A stretch of 63,903 nucleotides of DNA, counting the filler, from Folioceros fuciformis (taxonomy: Eukaryota), in the NCBI GenBank assembly GCA_049999805.1. It is 10 parts of 10 records of this genome, joined end to end, with 100 filler letters (N's around TTAATTAATTAA, not from the genome) between each part and the next. Parts side by side here need not be neighbours in the genome. Positions count along the whole stretch, not along the records: positions 48,261 to 56,237 come from JBNGIO010003959.1; positions 56,338 to 63,903 come from JBNGIO010003961.1; 8 more parts are not named here. One strand, given 5' to 3'. Numbering within the stretch: the first letter of the stretch is position 1; each line of letters opens with the position of its first letter. The notes beneath the pieces are model-generated. The model saw only the letters and a list, made by a program, of their open reading frames with translations. It was not told where the DNA came from and did not search any database. This document shows positions 49,890 through 63,440 of this stretch, piece by piece. Both the position numbers and the translations under genes were made by a program.

Positions 49890-52070
49890 ATGGCAGCATA
49901 AAACCCTAGAGTGAATCGGGGGAGGACCTGGGCAGTAATCGAGGCAGAAACGTTCGCGGGAGCGGAAGTATCCACGAAGCGTGACGACGGCTGGAGGTGG
50001 AGCGGGAGCTTAGGCAGTGCAGCAGAGCGGGCGGAGAGTGCCGGCGACCACAGGCGCAAGAGGGCAGCAGGGTTCGGAGTACGCAGAAGAATCAGGCAGG
50101 TTGAGGTCACGACCAGAGTTGCTACCAGGAGTAGCAGTACCTGAACAGGAGGGAGACTCCCCTGTACCGAAGATTTATATGCTCCTGTGGCCCAACATGG
50201 AGCATTGGAGGGTCAGAGCCCTCCGAAGGACTGGTCGGAGAACTAGGCCTCAGGTTCATGGCCCCGAGGTGGAACCATGCGGCGCCGCAGCTAGTTAGGG
50301 AGTGCACTCTGAAAATGAGAGCCCGTTCGAGAAGAGGGAATCCGTGGCAGACCCTCGGTGTGGAACTTGGAGCTGGTAAGGCGAGTGTATGGCTACGACG
50401 AGTAGGAAGAGGGGGGATTGGTGCTGGAGTCCCTGAAGAAACGAGGTGGCACGGCGTGGGTCAGCGTCACAGGAGGCAGCCCTAGAGCGAGCTGAGGAGG
50501 AGCAGGGAGCTGCCCAAGAGCCAGCAAACCAAGAGCCAGAGGAGTAGGAGCTCAACGAGGTGGAGCCAAAAGCACCTCAGGAGCAAGAGCCAGAGATGGA
50601 AGTGGCTCCTCTTGAGGGTATGGGTGAATTAGGGCACGTTCCAAAGTAGGAAGGCTTCCCAGAATGGGAAGAGGTTTTTAGAAAAATCCCGGAAGTGGAT
50701 AGGCTGCAGGCAGGGGGAGCTGGAGAAGTTGCGAGCACTGCTGGGAAGGCAGATAACCAAGAGGGGGGATGGCTCCTGGTAAGTCACAGGAGGTGGATCT
50801 GCCGGGACTAACCTCAGCCATGGTGCAGGCACAAGCAGACTTGCTGGACCAGGCAGCCAAGGCGCTGACCTGGCTGAGCATGCAGGTGGAAAGAGAGGCT
50901 GAGGCCCAAAGCAAGGAGGCCGAGGCAAGAGGGAAAGAGGCCGAGGTGAGAGGGAAAGAGGCCGAAGACTGGAGGCAGCTGGCAGAGTTTGAGACGGCAC
51001 AACGACTCCTAGAAGAGAAGCAGCGGGTCCTGAGTAAGGATAAGGCACAGATGGAGGAAGAGGCGTGCCAGGCTAAGGCGGAAATCCAAGCACTGAAGGA
51101 GCAACAGGGGTCACTCCTAGCTCAGGTGAGGGAAGCCCACGAGACTAACCTAGAAATGCAACAGGAGATGGCTAAGGCTCAGGAGCAGGAGATGGCTGCG
51201 ATGGAACAAGCCCAGAAGCTGGCGGACAGGTACAAACGGGAGCGAGATGAGGCCAGAGAGCAAGTAAAAGGGAAGGGCAAGGCTGGGCGCAGTGGTCGGA
51301 CGACGAAGCCGGTAGCCAAAAGGGCTACCGGTAGTCGAATGGCCACACCGGTAGCCGGAGGGGCTACCGGTAGTCTCACGACGCCCAAGGTAGTTGAAGG
51401 GGCTACCAGCGGGGAGGAACAACGCCGGTAGCTGAAGCCACGACCCCGGTAGCCGAAGAAGTAAGGGTAGAGGCGCCTGTGCCCAGGCGTTCCAGGAGGG
51501 CGACTCGCACCAGGCGGACTGAGTTGGGGGAAGCAGTAGCAGCTGGAGGGATAGAGGACTCTCAGGTACCCCAGGAGAGCAGGGGTCAGGCAGCCCAAGG
51601 TAGCCCAAGGGAGGAAGGAGTAAGCACCTCCTTTATGATAGAGGGGCAGGTTATGCTGCAGTATGAGGAGGAGGCCTCTTATGTGCCAGGCCTCTATGTG
51701 GAAGGAGCCCGAGTTCTGAAGCTGTTTTTGTATGTACGTATGGGCGCAGGAGGGACGCGGGGCTACAGACTATAGCTGAAGACCTGCAGGGGCATCTACT
51801 ACTACCGCTGGTGGGTATGGGGGCTGCCTCATTGCTATTTCTGAGGCAGTCTTGGAGGAACTGACAAAGGAGGAGGCGCAGCGGTGGGTTGAATCGGAGC
51901 CTATCCTCATCCTCATTAATCGGTGACGGAGGGAGGAGAGGGATTTCCTGCAATGGGACCCACCTATGCCGCCGCTAGTGAGGGCCAGCAGTAGCAGCAG
52001 TGAGGTGGAGGTCCTGTGGGAGGACCTGCCTGACCAGCGACAGGGTAGGAGGGCCAGGGACGGACTAGTA
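49890..52070 (+). pseudogene. Long degenerate coiled-coil accessory ORF, probably Gypsy-associated
   Basis: E/Q/A/K-rich heptad ORF 50769-51431 with flanking coding-like pieces broken by TAG stops. Opposite strand to the nearby gag. Confidence 0.5.
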
Positions 52071-53211
52071 GGGGGAGGAGCGCGACGGCCAGGATGAAGG
52101 CGCCAGCGGCAAAGAGGGATGCGATAGTAATTACAATCTAGACTAGTTTTTTTTAGATTGTTTTTTCTTGGACCTAAGCCGCTCAGAATTTAAGAGCGCT
52201 GAATGACTCCTGACAGACTTTATGGCGGAAAGACCGCCACTACCGTGTACAAGAGGCCAGTTTGAGGCCTCGGGAAAATCGGCAAGAAACCAGCTAGACA
52301 TTCCTACCTTGAGGAAGCCTAGCGATGGCCGTTGCTGGATAGGAGGTCCAGGCAAGCGAGCGCATGTAGTGTTCTGAGGGTGTGGGTGCAGGTGGTGGAT
52401 GCTTCATAATCAAAAACCGGGAACGAATCGGGAGGAGAGACCTCGCCGAGTGGGAGACGAACTCCCCAGCTATTCATGTGATGGTTGCGTGGAGTGGTAA
52501 AGGTGCCGAAGGCCGAATCCGCGAGTCCGGAGTGGAAGTGGATACCCCTTCCCTTAGCCTTCGGTGACCCACCATTCCTTCAATTTCAGAGGGAAGAGAG
52601 GCCATGGATGGGCGAGTTGGAGAAGAGTGCCGAGAGTCATGAGTAGATTGAAAAAAATGAGAGGGTGTGTAACAGAGTGATGAATGTATGATTGGTGAAG
52701 ACAGAATGCGGGTCGGAGTGACTGACGTTGCGAAAGCATTGAGCGGCCGTGGGTCGTGAGAGTGGTGATGTTGGAAGAAAGAGGTTGTGTGATTGAATAA
52801 GTGTGGCAACTGTGTGTGTGTAAGCCGGGAATGTGGCGAAGGTTGAGCTGAGGAGTCGATCAGCGGGTGTGTGGCGTTGCGGTGGGGTGGCTGTGGTTGA
52901 CAAGAGAGTGCACCGAGTAAGGGTGTGGTGAAAGTGAGATGTGCCTATGCGCTGAGACGGAATACCGTGAGGTACAGAGATGACTGTATATGTGTGAGAT
53001 TGAGGCGAGAGGACGCGCGAGTGGGTGTGTGAGGCTGGCTGAGGATGGGAGTAGAATATGGCAGTGGATGAGAGTGCGCTAACTGATTAGGAGCCGCATA
53101 TGAACGCATACGTGTATGTGAACTGAACGCCTTCGATTCCAGAGGGGCAGTGCGTAGACGAGAGTGAACGGAAGGGCGTGTGTTGTGAGGGGAGGATGCT
53201 CGCTAGCAAGG

Positions 53212-55977
53212 TGTTAGAAATCAAGCTCTAACTGAATTGTTATTAAGAGCATACAACACGTAGGATAGTGTAGATTATCCCATATTGAACTCGTGGTTAT
53301 CTACCACCTAAGTGTTATCAGGATATACCAGGATATTGCACCCTCAAGACTAAGGCTTACCTTATCGAGGGTTGCCCCGCCTGAAGGCTATATATGTAGC
53401 ATCCTATGCACCATATGGAATGTATTGTGGAGTCCATCTAAGCTAGTGGTGCTATTTCAACATGGTATCAGAGCCAGAGAGAGCGCCGGCGACCATGGTG
53501 GCTATGGCGGGGGTTTGAGGCTATGGCCGTGAGCGTGGAGGTGGCTGGCAATGCAAGCCATTGAAAGGGGCAGGAGGCGTAGCAACGTAGGCGGCGTAGG
53601 AAGCCGCATCAGGCGCCATAGGCGCAAGAGCGCGCAAGGGAGAGAGACTCAGCAGGAGCAGCAACTACTAGAGGCAAGCAGGCCGAGGAAGCCACAGCAG
53701 GCCTAGGATTGGCGAGGAGGAAGGCCTAAACTTGGAAAACGGTGTTCTGTTTTTTTTGTTTTTTGAAAGCTTGAGCAAAGGCTGTTTTTGCTTAGCGAAG
53801 AGCCAGCTGCACATTTAGGAATTGTTGAGATCTAATTGAGGCTTGTGGAGTGCTGGAGCTCTACAGCAGTGCAAGGAGTTGCACTCAAGATTGTCAAAAA
53901 CATTTGTTGGAAGACGCATGAAAGTCTTTTGACAATCTGTCCACAAGGGACTTGGTGGCACAGCAAGCAAGAAAAGGCAATTGAACTAAGGTGCAGGACA
54001 AGTGTTGATGCGTAAAGGAGCCTGAATCATGGCTAACGTGCAGGGATCAGACAATATCTCGCAGGTTGTGGGAGAGAAGTTGGATAACAAGAATTTTGCT
54101 TTGTGGAAGTTCAGCATGAAGAACTTCTTGGTAGGTAGAGGCTATTGGGACCTCTGCACAGGTGATGAGAGTGAACCAAAGATAAATCGTACTCCATCAC
54201 AGGAGCAAAAGATTGCTCACAAGAATTGGACTGAGAGAGCATGTAAAGTGTTACACTGGCGCTCCTTAAGTATTTCAGATGCTATGGTCATACACATCAC
54301 GGGATGTGAGTCTCTGAAGGATGCATGGGACATACTCATGAGGAACTATGGGAATGTCACACATGCTAGGAAAATCCAGTTGAAGCAGTAGTTCAACAAC
54401 TTGTCATGAGGTAGCAGATCCATACTCGTGTATACAACAGAGGTGAAGACCATAGCTGATCAGCTTGCTACAATAGGTGCAAGTGTGACGGAAGATGATA
54501 TGGTTGCAGTTACTCTGAAAGGACTTGGCAAGGAATACAAGTCTTTTGACACATCAATCTCTGTGAGAGCTGAGTCCCCAAGTATGGCTATAAGCCGGAT
54601 ATTAGGCACTTGAAAGTGTTGGGTGCATTGCATATGTGCATGTACCTGATGAGAAGCGTAGGAAGCTGGATCCTAAAGCAGTAAAGAGTGTTTTTCTGGG
54701 GTATGCACGAAATAGGAAGGCATATAAGTGTTATGTGCCATCCACACATGAGATCATGATAAGCAGGGATGTGGTATTTGATGAGTTAGCCTCCTGGTAT
54801 AGCAACTCAGTTGCACTACCCTATGACGCACCCACAGGGGAGAGTACTGTTAAGAGTACTCCAGCAAAGAGTGAGGATGTGACCAATGGTGGATCACCAA
54901 CAGTGAATCCATGGTCTGGAAGATTACGGAATGGTAAACCCAAGACCAATGACTCAGACATGTCAGTGAGGGGGAGAGTAGAAAGCAGCAAAACTAGAAA
55001 TGAGGGATATGAATCCTCAAGTAGTGAGAGCATTGACAGTGAGTTTGGCATTCCGTCTGTGGAAACACCAGGTGCTAAGGAGCAACGATATGCAAGGCAG
55101 GTTCAAACTGAACCAAGACCAAGGAGATCTTAGAGGGTTAGGAAACCCATTGATAGGTACTCGTATACAAGCTACAATACGCAACATTATGCGTATATGA
55201 CAAGGGTCACAGCTTGTAAGGAGCCAACCAAGTTTGCTGAGGCAGTGACAGATGATAAGTGGTGTCAAGCCATTGATGAAGAATACTCAGCATTAGTTGA
55301 GAACGGAACGTGGGATTTGGTTCAATTGCATGATAGCAAGGTTCCTCTTGGTTTTAAGTGGGTGTACAAGCTGAAGTTCAAGTCAGATGGAACGCTAGAG
55401 CGTTACAAGGCCAGGTTGGTTGCAAAGGGATATGCACAACAGTATGGTCTTGATTATGAGGAAACCTTTAGTCCAGTAGCCAAGATGACAACTGTAAGGA
55501 CAATCATAGCATTAGCAGCAACTAAAGGATGGAAGTCATTACAAATGGATGTCAAGAATGCTTTATTGAATGGTGAGTTGCAGGAGGAAGTGTACGTGGA
55601 ACAGCCTGAAGGCTATGTTCATCCTAAGTTTCCAACGTACGTATGCAAACTGAAGATGGCATTGTATGGACTCAAACAGGCACCTAGAGCATGGAATGCT
55701 CGTATCACAAGCTATTTGAAGGAGCAAGGATTTGTGATTGGAGACACAGATCACAGTTTGTTTGTAAAACAGACCAAGGTAGGACAAGTGTGTCTTGTCG
55801 TTTATGTTGATGACCTGATCATCACAAGAGATGATGCAGATGGTATTGCAGATGTTAAGACGAATCTGCAAAAAGAGTTCAAGGTGAAGGATCTTGGTGA
55901 ACTCAAATACTTCTTAGGAATTGAGGTTGTGTCTACACCTCAAGGAATCTGGCTATTGCAAAAACAATATGCTAAGG
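53212..55977 (+). mobile_element. Copia element with 5' LTR 53212-53462, PBS 53463-53476, gag, large internal deletion and RT
   Basis: TGTTAG...TCAACA then TGGTATCAGAGCCA. EKLDNKNFALWK, RRKLDPKA, YKARLVAKGY, YVDDL. Interrupted at 55978 by an LTR. Confidence 0.93.
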
Positions 55978-56237
55978 TGTGGAGGCAAAACCCCGGGCAC
56001 TGATTGCCGACGGGTTCCACCTTTAGTGGCCACACTTATCCCACTATTGTTGAGACATTGGGTTTCGTTCCCACGAAGGAGCGATGGGGTTCCTTGCTGC
56101 TGTGGATGGAGGGTCGGACTCAATTGACTCGATGATGGATTCGAGGGCTCCCCTCCAGCTCCGATCAGGCGTAGGACAAGCCTCGTTGTCTAGCAGTCAG
56201 CTGCACCTCTCTTGGTGCCCACAAACTCACTCCAGTC
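55978..56237 (+). repeat. LTR terminus inserted into Copia RT
   Basis: RT frame WLLQKQYAK breaks at TGTGGAGGCAAAACCCC. Confidence 0.8.
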
Positions 56238-56509
56238 NNNNNNNNNNNNNNNNNNNNNNNNNNNNNNNNNNNNNNNNNNNNTTAATTAATTAANNNNNNN
56301 NNNNNNNNNNNNNNNNNNNNNNNNNNNNNNNNNNNNNAACCAACTATTTCCTGGTCAATTAACTTAATTAGCACAAAGAAAAATAGGAAAAATGACCAGA
56401 AAATCAAGGAAAATTAGGGAAAATAAGTCGAAAAAGAAAACCAAACCATACCACTATTAACCCTTTTTCAACCAAAACAAACTACTACCCCAAACTTTGG
56501 AGGTTCACA

Positions 56510-57800
56510 ACCTACAATGGCAAAGAATTTAATATCAGTAAGTCAGCTTATGCGTTTATGCTGCTTCGACCTACTGTTCACTTCCAACGGTTGTACCCTT
56601 ACCATTAAGGGCTCACCTACCAGGGTAGTGGCAAAGGGGGTGCGCATTAATGACTTGTACAAACTCCATGTGGTTTGCTGCCGTCCACCTAGTTTGCACC
56701 TGGCACAAGTTGTTCAAGCACAGCTGTGGCACGCCAGGCTTGACCATGTTAATCAACAGAAGCTGGTAAAGATGTCTACTATGGACTGCTACCATGAACC
56801 CTTACCCAAATGCTTCAAAGAACTCCCCATGTGCGATGCATGTGTGGTTGCTAACCAAAAGGAGTTGCCCTTCCCGACTGCTCCTGCTTATCGCACTACG
56901 AATGTCCTAGACCTAGTGCATGCTGACATTTCGGGCAAGATACATGTTCCCTCTCTGGGAGGAGCATTTTATTATCTTACGCTTACCGATGACTATAGTT
57001 GCTATTCCTGGACTTACCCTATGAAGCAAAGTCTGATACTTTCCCCATATTCCAGGAATGGGTGACTATGATTCATCGGCAAACTAGTCGACTCTTGCGC
57101 TGCCTGCGATCTGACAATGGCACTGAGTTTGTTCATGCTCTTTTTGAACAGTTCCTTACAGCACAAGGGATAGTTAGACAGCTCATTGTTCCATGTACCC
57201 GGCAACAAAAAGGGGTAGCAGAACGACGTAATCAGACTCTCCTGGGCATGACTCGTAGCATGCTAGCTTGGTCAGGGTTAAGTAAATCTTACTAGGCGGA
57301 GGTCGTTGTCACTGCTACGTATATTCTTAATCGGCTGATTACTTCTGCAATTGCTGGCAAGACTCCGAATGAGCTCATCTGGGGAAGCAAGCTGAGTATT
57401 CAGCATCTTCGTGTCTTTACTTCCCCTGCTTACGCCTATGTCCCTTCCGAGCTGCGCAAGAAGCTGCATGATCAAGCTAAACCTTTCGTTTTTGTTGGTT
57501 ATGGCGAGGAAGCTAAAGCTTATAAACCTTTTGATCCTCCCTCTCATAAAAATCCATTCTTGCTCGTAGTGTCACGTTCAAGAAACTGAGGCAGCCAACT
57601 AAGCCTCATTTTTTGGATATTGCTCCTTCCTCTTCGACTGACCCTCATAGCTTCCATGCTCCTGTAGAGCCTCCATATGCCCTAGACTCGTATATTCTCT
57701 CAGTTTATCCTTAGGATTCACCAGTTGCAGCTTCAGGGGGTGACCTTGATGAATTTGCCCCTGTTGAAGTTGCCGAGGTTGATTCTGTAGAAGTTGATGC
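56510..57800 (+). mobile_element. Copia protease end and integrase fragment (similar to elements C and D)
   Basis: MAKNLISV, LWHARLDH, VHADISG, RSDNGTEF, VAERRNQTL. Confidence 0.92.
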
Positions 57801-57986
57801 TTTCTATATATGTGATTCCATATATAAGATAAAACAAATTTTAGAGAACTGCAAAGTAAGCATATATAGAATGATAATGAATCATTGCATAATGTTGTTT
57901 TTATAGTCTTAGTTTATTAACGCTATCAGATAAGAACCGAATTAGGTTAACTATAGGTTATTTAAATAACCTCTAACACCCCCTCT
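57801..57986 (-). repeat. PPT (57979-57986) and 3' LTR of Copia D
   Basis: Minus strand AGAGGGGG then TGTTAGAGG and ~180 bp of AT-rich sequence. Confidence 0.75.
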
Positions 57987-58216
57987 GAACCTAGCAAGGT
58001 TAAAAGGAGATTTTCTTAAACCCTAGTTCATCATAAACCCTTCATGATGAAACAAGGTGCAGGAGTTAATGTTGTGCAAGCGGGAAGACACTCAGGCGGC
58101 GTGTCTGTCGATCTAACTTCAGCCAAGAAACATATGATGTCCTGGAGCTCGTTCAAGTCGGAGTTGTGTGCTTTTTCTCTTGTCACCTCGTCACCTTCTC
58201 CTACACGACACCAACG

Positions 58217-58591
58217 ATGGCGCACAAGCGAGGCAGAGGTTTGAGGTGTCAGAACCATCCACAGGAAGAGTCTTCTCAGAAACACAGTAACTCCTTCGTG
58301 CCTAGTGATACACGAGCACAGAAGGAGCCTGCAGATTGGCCTACACAATCAGACAGGAACTTGGTGTGTTGTCTCCTCTAGACAGTAAAAAAACGTGAAG
58401 AGGCCGAGGAAGTGCTCAAGACTGCAAAATGTCGAGTCATGGATCTTCAGGACTGGATAGCCAAGTTTCCGCCAAGAGACCCAACAATGTTTCCACTATT
58501 AGAGTATGAGATAAAACACCTTCTGCAGGAACTGTCAAAGCTTGGATATACTGGCCAAGTTGAAGGTGCCTCTAAAGCTGCCAACACGTAA
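58217..58591 (+). pseudogene. Antisense accessory ORF in the 3' region of Copia D
   Basis: ATG after a pyrimidine-rich leader. ~124 codons with one TAG. Helical KKREEAEEVLKTAKCRV...LEYEIKHLLQELSKLGY. Ends at donor-like GTAAGG. Confidence 0.5.
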
Positions 58592-58751
58592 GGTTTTCGT
58601 CCTCTTGAGAAAGGTAGGTCTTCTTAACCATTGAGCTTACACTGTGGGCAACTCACGATTATATGTAAACAGGTTGCTTCATCCACTGAGTACCCTCGTT
58701 TATGCTTTTGGTAGGATTCTTGGCTCGAGGATCTGTCACACATGAGCCTTC

Positions 58752-61700
58752 CTACCAAGACCTACTATTAACTGTTCTGTGTAGGCAAGACAAAAGCTCT
58801 AAGGCCCATAGAAGTGAGATGCTTGTAATGCTTGATTTTAGCAAGACTTTTGTTAGCAAGTCTGCAATGTTATCATGTGTATTGACGTAGTCCACTTTAG
58901 CAACTCCTCTTTCAGCTACATCTCTAATATAGTGATGATAAAGCTCGATATGGTTAGTTCGAGCATGAAACCTAGGGTTGGCCACTAGGGCAATAGCTGA
59001 CATGTTGTCACATAATAGAGGGGTGGCTGTCTACTAGGTCATGAAGATAGATTCTAGGAACTGTCTTTCCCACTCAATCTCCTTACAAGCGTCTGTTAGA
59101 GCCTTGTACTCAACTTCAGTAGATGAGAGAGCAAGAGAAGATTGCTTTTTATAGGACCAGTTGACAGCGCTAGAAGAGAAGAGGCAGACATAAGCAGAAA
59201 GACTTCTTCGAGAATCAGAATCCGAGGCCCAGTCTGCCAAAACTGTAAGTGCACACTCCTTACCACTAGCCGTGTAGTGTAAGCCAAGGTTGATGGTGCC
59301 TTTAAGATAACGGTAGATCCGTTTTACTGCAGACTAGTGAGCCCTTCCAGGAGACTTCAAGAACTGAGCAACCACACTGACTAAATAACTGATGTCAGGT
59401 CTCGTCCAGTTCGCCAAAAAGATCAGGCACCCAACTGCCTCTGCATAAGGGACAGAAACCATGTCCTTTTCCTCCTCTGCAGACTGTGGGGACTGATCAA
59501 GAGTGAGTTTTTCTCCAACAACAAAGGTGTAGAGACGGGCCGAGCTTCATCAAGGTAAAAACGTTTTAAAATTTCCTTAAGGTACTTAGTCTGATGAAGC
59601 ACGATTGTACCACTCTCTCTGTTCCTGAGAATCTGAATGCCCAGGCAGAATTGAAGAGGGCCTTGATCCGTCATCTCAAATTCAGTTCGCAGAAGATCCT
59701 TGACAGCATTGAGGCGGGACACACTGTTGCTGAGGAGAATGGCATCATCAATGTACAAGGCCAGAATCACGAACGAGCCAGAACCAGCTAAGTAAAAAAC
59801 ATTTGTATCTGCTGAGGATTGGTGAAAGTGAGATTAAAGCAGAAACTTGGTGATACGTTTGTACCATGCTCTCGGACTCTGTTTAAGGCCATATATCGTC
59901 TTCAATAGTTTGCAAACTTTATGAGGCTACTTCTGACTAACAAACCCTTCTGGCTAAACCATATATAGGGCCTCCTCAAGCTCTCCATGAAGAAACGCCG
60001 TACATACGTCCATTTGATGAAGCTCAAGATCAAATTCAGCTGCTAGGGCAAGTAAGATTCGAATAGACGAGGGTTTGACTACTGGTGAGAACGTATCTCC
60101 AAAATCAACACCGGGGATCTGAGAGAATCCCCTGGCAACAATTCTGCTCTTGTATCTAGATATTGTTCCATCAGCTTTAAGTTTGGTTTTAAAAACCCAT
60201 TTGCAGGTAATTGGCTTGCGTCCAGGGGGAAGGTCAGATAGTTCCCATGTGCTATTCTTCATCAACGAGTTATATTCGTCATCGATAGAAACTCTCCAGT
60301 GTGCAACATCAGGTCCTGATAAAGCCTCTGAATAACTCTGTGGGTCTGGACGGACATCAGGTATATGAAGATCTATTACATGTGCTCCGTGCCTATATAG
60401 TCATGAGCCTGATATGGAGGTTCAAGCCAATTATCTCGAGTCCTATGTTCTCACACAAGATAGCAAGGGATCTCACGTTCAAGATTGTCTAAAGGTGCTT
60501 CTTCATGAGGCTCAGGTATGTGTTCCTCATTCACAACTTCTTGTAAAGCCTCCTCTACTACCAAATCATCTGAAGGAACTGATTCTTCAGACTGGACTGA
60601 CCTAATGTGATCTTGGTTAGCAGAGTCTTGGACTGTCTGGGCATCTTGAGTAGACAAGACATCTACATCACATGGTGCATCTGCAAGTTCTCCATCAAAG
60701 TCTGGAAAAGAAGTTTGATCCTGATCAACATCTAAATTAGCAGACATATCTTGCAGTGTGGAGAGTGGTGCTAACTCATACAGCCGTGTTACTGCTATGT
60801 CAGAACAAGAAGTAAGCTCAGAGAAGGTAGCACTACGTGACAAGGTAATTTTTGAATTTGATGGGTTAAAAAGCTTATAGGATTGTAGCTTTGGATTCTT
60901 CTGAATATCCAAGAAATATAAGGGGCTGAGCTCGATCATCCAACTTCTTCCTTTTTGCTTCAGGAATATAGGCAAAAGCTGGAGAGCCGAAGACCTTCAA
61001 GTGTAACAAACTAGGTTTTCGATTCCAAAAGGCCTCATACGGTGTTCGACCAGGCAACGTAGAGGTTACAACTCTGTTAAGAATGTAAGTTACACAAACA
61101 ATAGCTTCTGCCCAGTATCTGTTTGGAAGAGCAGCCCAGGACAACATACTCCAAACCATGCCCATAAGAGTTTGATTTTTCCTCTCTGCAACGCCGTTCT
61201 GTTGTTGTGTGTAGGGAACAAAGAGTTGCCTTGTAATACCATATTCCTCAAAGAGGTCATCAAATTGACGACCTGTAAACTCTCCTCCATTATCTGTTAT
61301 GAAACATTTTACTAATTTACTTGTCTGCCTTTGAACCATCTTGATCCAGGAAGAGATGGTTCCAAATACATCACTCTTAAGTCTGAGAGGAAAGGTCCAA
61401 GTGTATCGCGAGAAGTCATCTGTCAAAGTCAAGTAATACTCAGCTCCTCCGAGAGACTTGACATGTAGCTTTCCAGCAATGTCTGCATGCACTAGTTCCA
61501 ATACTTGCTTTGCTCTTGTAGCAAATTTATTTTTGAAAGGTAGTTCTTTATGCTTGGATAGGATACAAGAACTACAAGGCGCAAGTTGTTAAAAGCATAG
61601 TGGCAGACTCTCACTATAACAGGACGACTTGGACATCAGATCCAACTTAGACCTATTCACATGTCCTAGTCTAGCATGCCACATTCGGGCTTGGACATCC

Positions 61701-63062
61701 AAAGCAGTAAGTAGTGCCTTGTTCTTGGACTTTTGAATAGGTACTAATTGATACAAATCATTGACGAGAACAGCTTTACCAACATAACTTCCTGGATCTG
61801 ACAAAGAGTAAATATAGCATGTTTGTTTTTCAAACCTAAAGCCATACTTGTGACTTTCTGTAATAGCTCTAACGGACAGCAAATTCTTACCCATTTCAGG
61901 AACATAAAGGACATCCTGAAGATGCAATATGGAGCCATCAAGCAAAGGTATGTCTGCTTCTTCAATTCCTTTTACCTCTACACCATGAGAGTCTCCTACG
62001 AAAATTGATAGTGATGTTTTCTATTCTATAAAGGTGGAGAACATATGCTGATTATTGCAGACATGTGCAGTAGCTCTTAAGTCGATATACCAACTTCGAG
62101 TAGTCTCAACGGTAGACGTCAAGCAAACTGTAAGAACTGTACTGCTACTTCGAGCAGATTGATGTCGACTAGGTAACATTCGTTGTTCCTTAGTAGAAAC
62201 ATGAGTCTCGGATCTTGCATCCTTCTTAGACTCACTAGCCTTCTTTTTCCTGCAGTCTCGTTCCCAATGCCCAGGGATTTGGCACCAATTACAGCTACCT
62301 TGTCGCTTAGGAGTGGGTGAAGAGGAAGAGGAAGGAGCAGAATGGACAGATAAGTTTTGTCCCTTTTTGTACTTATTATCCTTCCCTTTCCAAAGTCCTT
62401 TTCCCTTTGCAGCAAATAGGACTTTCTCACCACGAAGTCTTGATCCTGGATGAGCTCGCTNNNNNNNNNNNNNNNNNNNNNNNNNNNNNNNNNNNNNNNN
62501 NNNNNNNNNNNNNNNNNNNNNNNNNNNNNNNNNNNNNNNNNNNNNNNNNNNNNNNNNNNNCGTTATCTTGGTCCCCAGCGCAGCAAGTTGTGCTCGCAGG
62601 TGCCTCAACTTAGTGATATGTGCTCCAACTGGTTCTCCCTCCTTCAACCTGAGACTATGGAAGTCATTCATGACATGAATCCAGGTACAGATATTCTGAA
62701 CCTGATATGTCTTAGTAAGTTGATTCCAGACTACTTCAGCTGAGTCTAGAAAATCAACTTCAGTAATGGTCGTTTCGTCCAGGCCAGACAGCGAAATGGC
62801 AAAGGCAATTTTATCGCCATTCTTCCATTTTGCTTTTTCATCTGCTGACGGTTGCACTGTTGTTGTGACAGGGACCAAGAATGGATTGGGAATGGATCCA
62901 TCCACATATTCCCAAACGTCTCTTGCGTCTAAAGTTTGCCTTCATTCGGGCTTTCCAACTCTCAAAACGAAGAGGCTTTCCATCAAATCGATCCTTTTCC
63001 TTGAATTCTCCAGAGTAGAGTGATCCTAGTGACGTTGACTGTGAGGCCACTCCTAAAGACAT
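58752..63062 (-). mobile_element. Copia element D (CNWC lineage) degenerate gag-pol
   Basis: CNWCQIPGHWERDCRKK, MWHARLGH, TDNGGEF, QMDVCTAFLHG, YIDD, NWTRPDI, RNase H. Confidence 0.95.
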
Positions 63063-63440
63063 AGTAACAGTATTGTGTGTCGTTAATTGTGCAGGAAGTG
63101 ATGGAAGAAGAATAAAGCCACGAAAAGGGAGAGCTCTCTGAGTCACTATCTAAATCGAACCAAGACATGCAAAGGAGCTCATCAAAAAACGAAATGACAC
63201 TAAACCAGACACGAACGGGTAAGTGTTGTTTTAAATAAATACTAAGTAAAGTCTCGTGAACCTAAAACGAGAAACCCCTAACTGAAAACTGACACCGGTT
63301 CATATCCATGTCCCAGGATGTCCAGTCTATTCAGTTGGAAAAATCTAGATTCCTGAGAATGAAACTGACACACTGGTGAAGACCAACAATGTGCCACCTA
63401 TCCAAAACACAGGAATGCCTAGCGGCTCTCACACACCCTT

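Noticed and set aside
55978-56509. A single solo LTR spanning the gap
   Set aside because: The ends lie on different scaffolds, the flanks are different Copia families, and there is no TSD.
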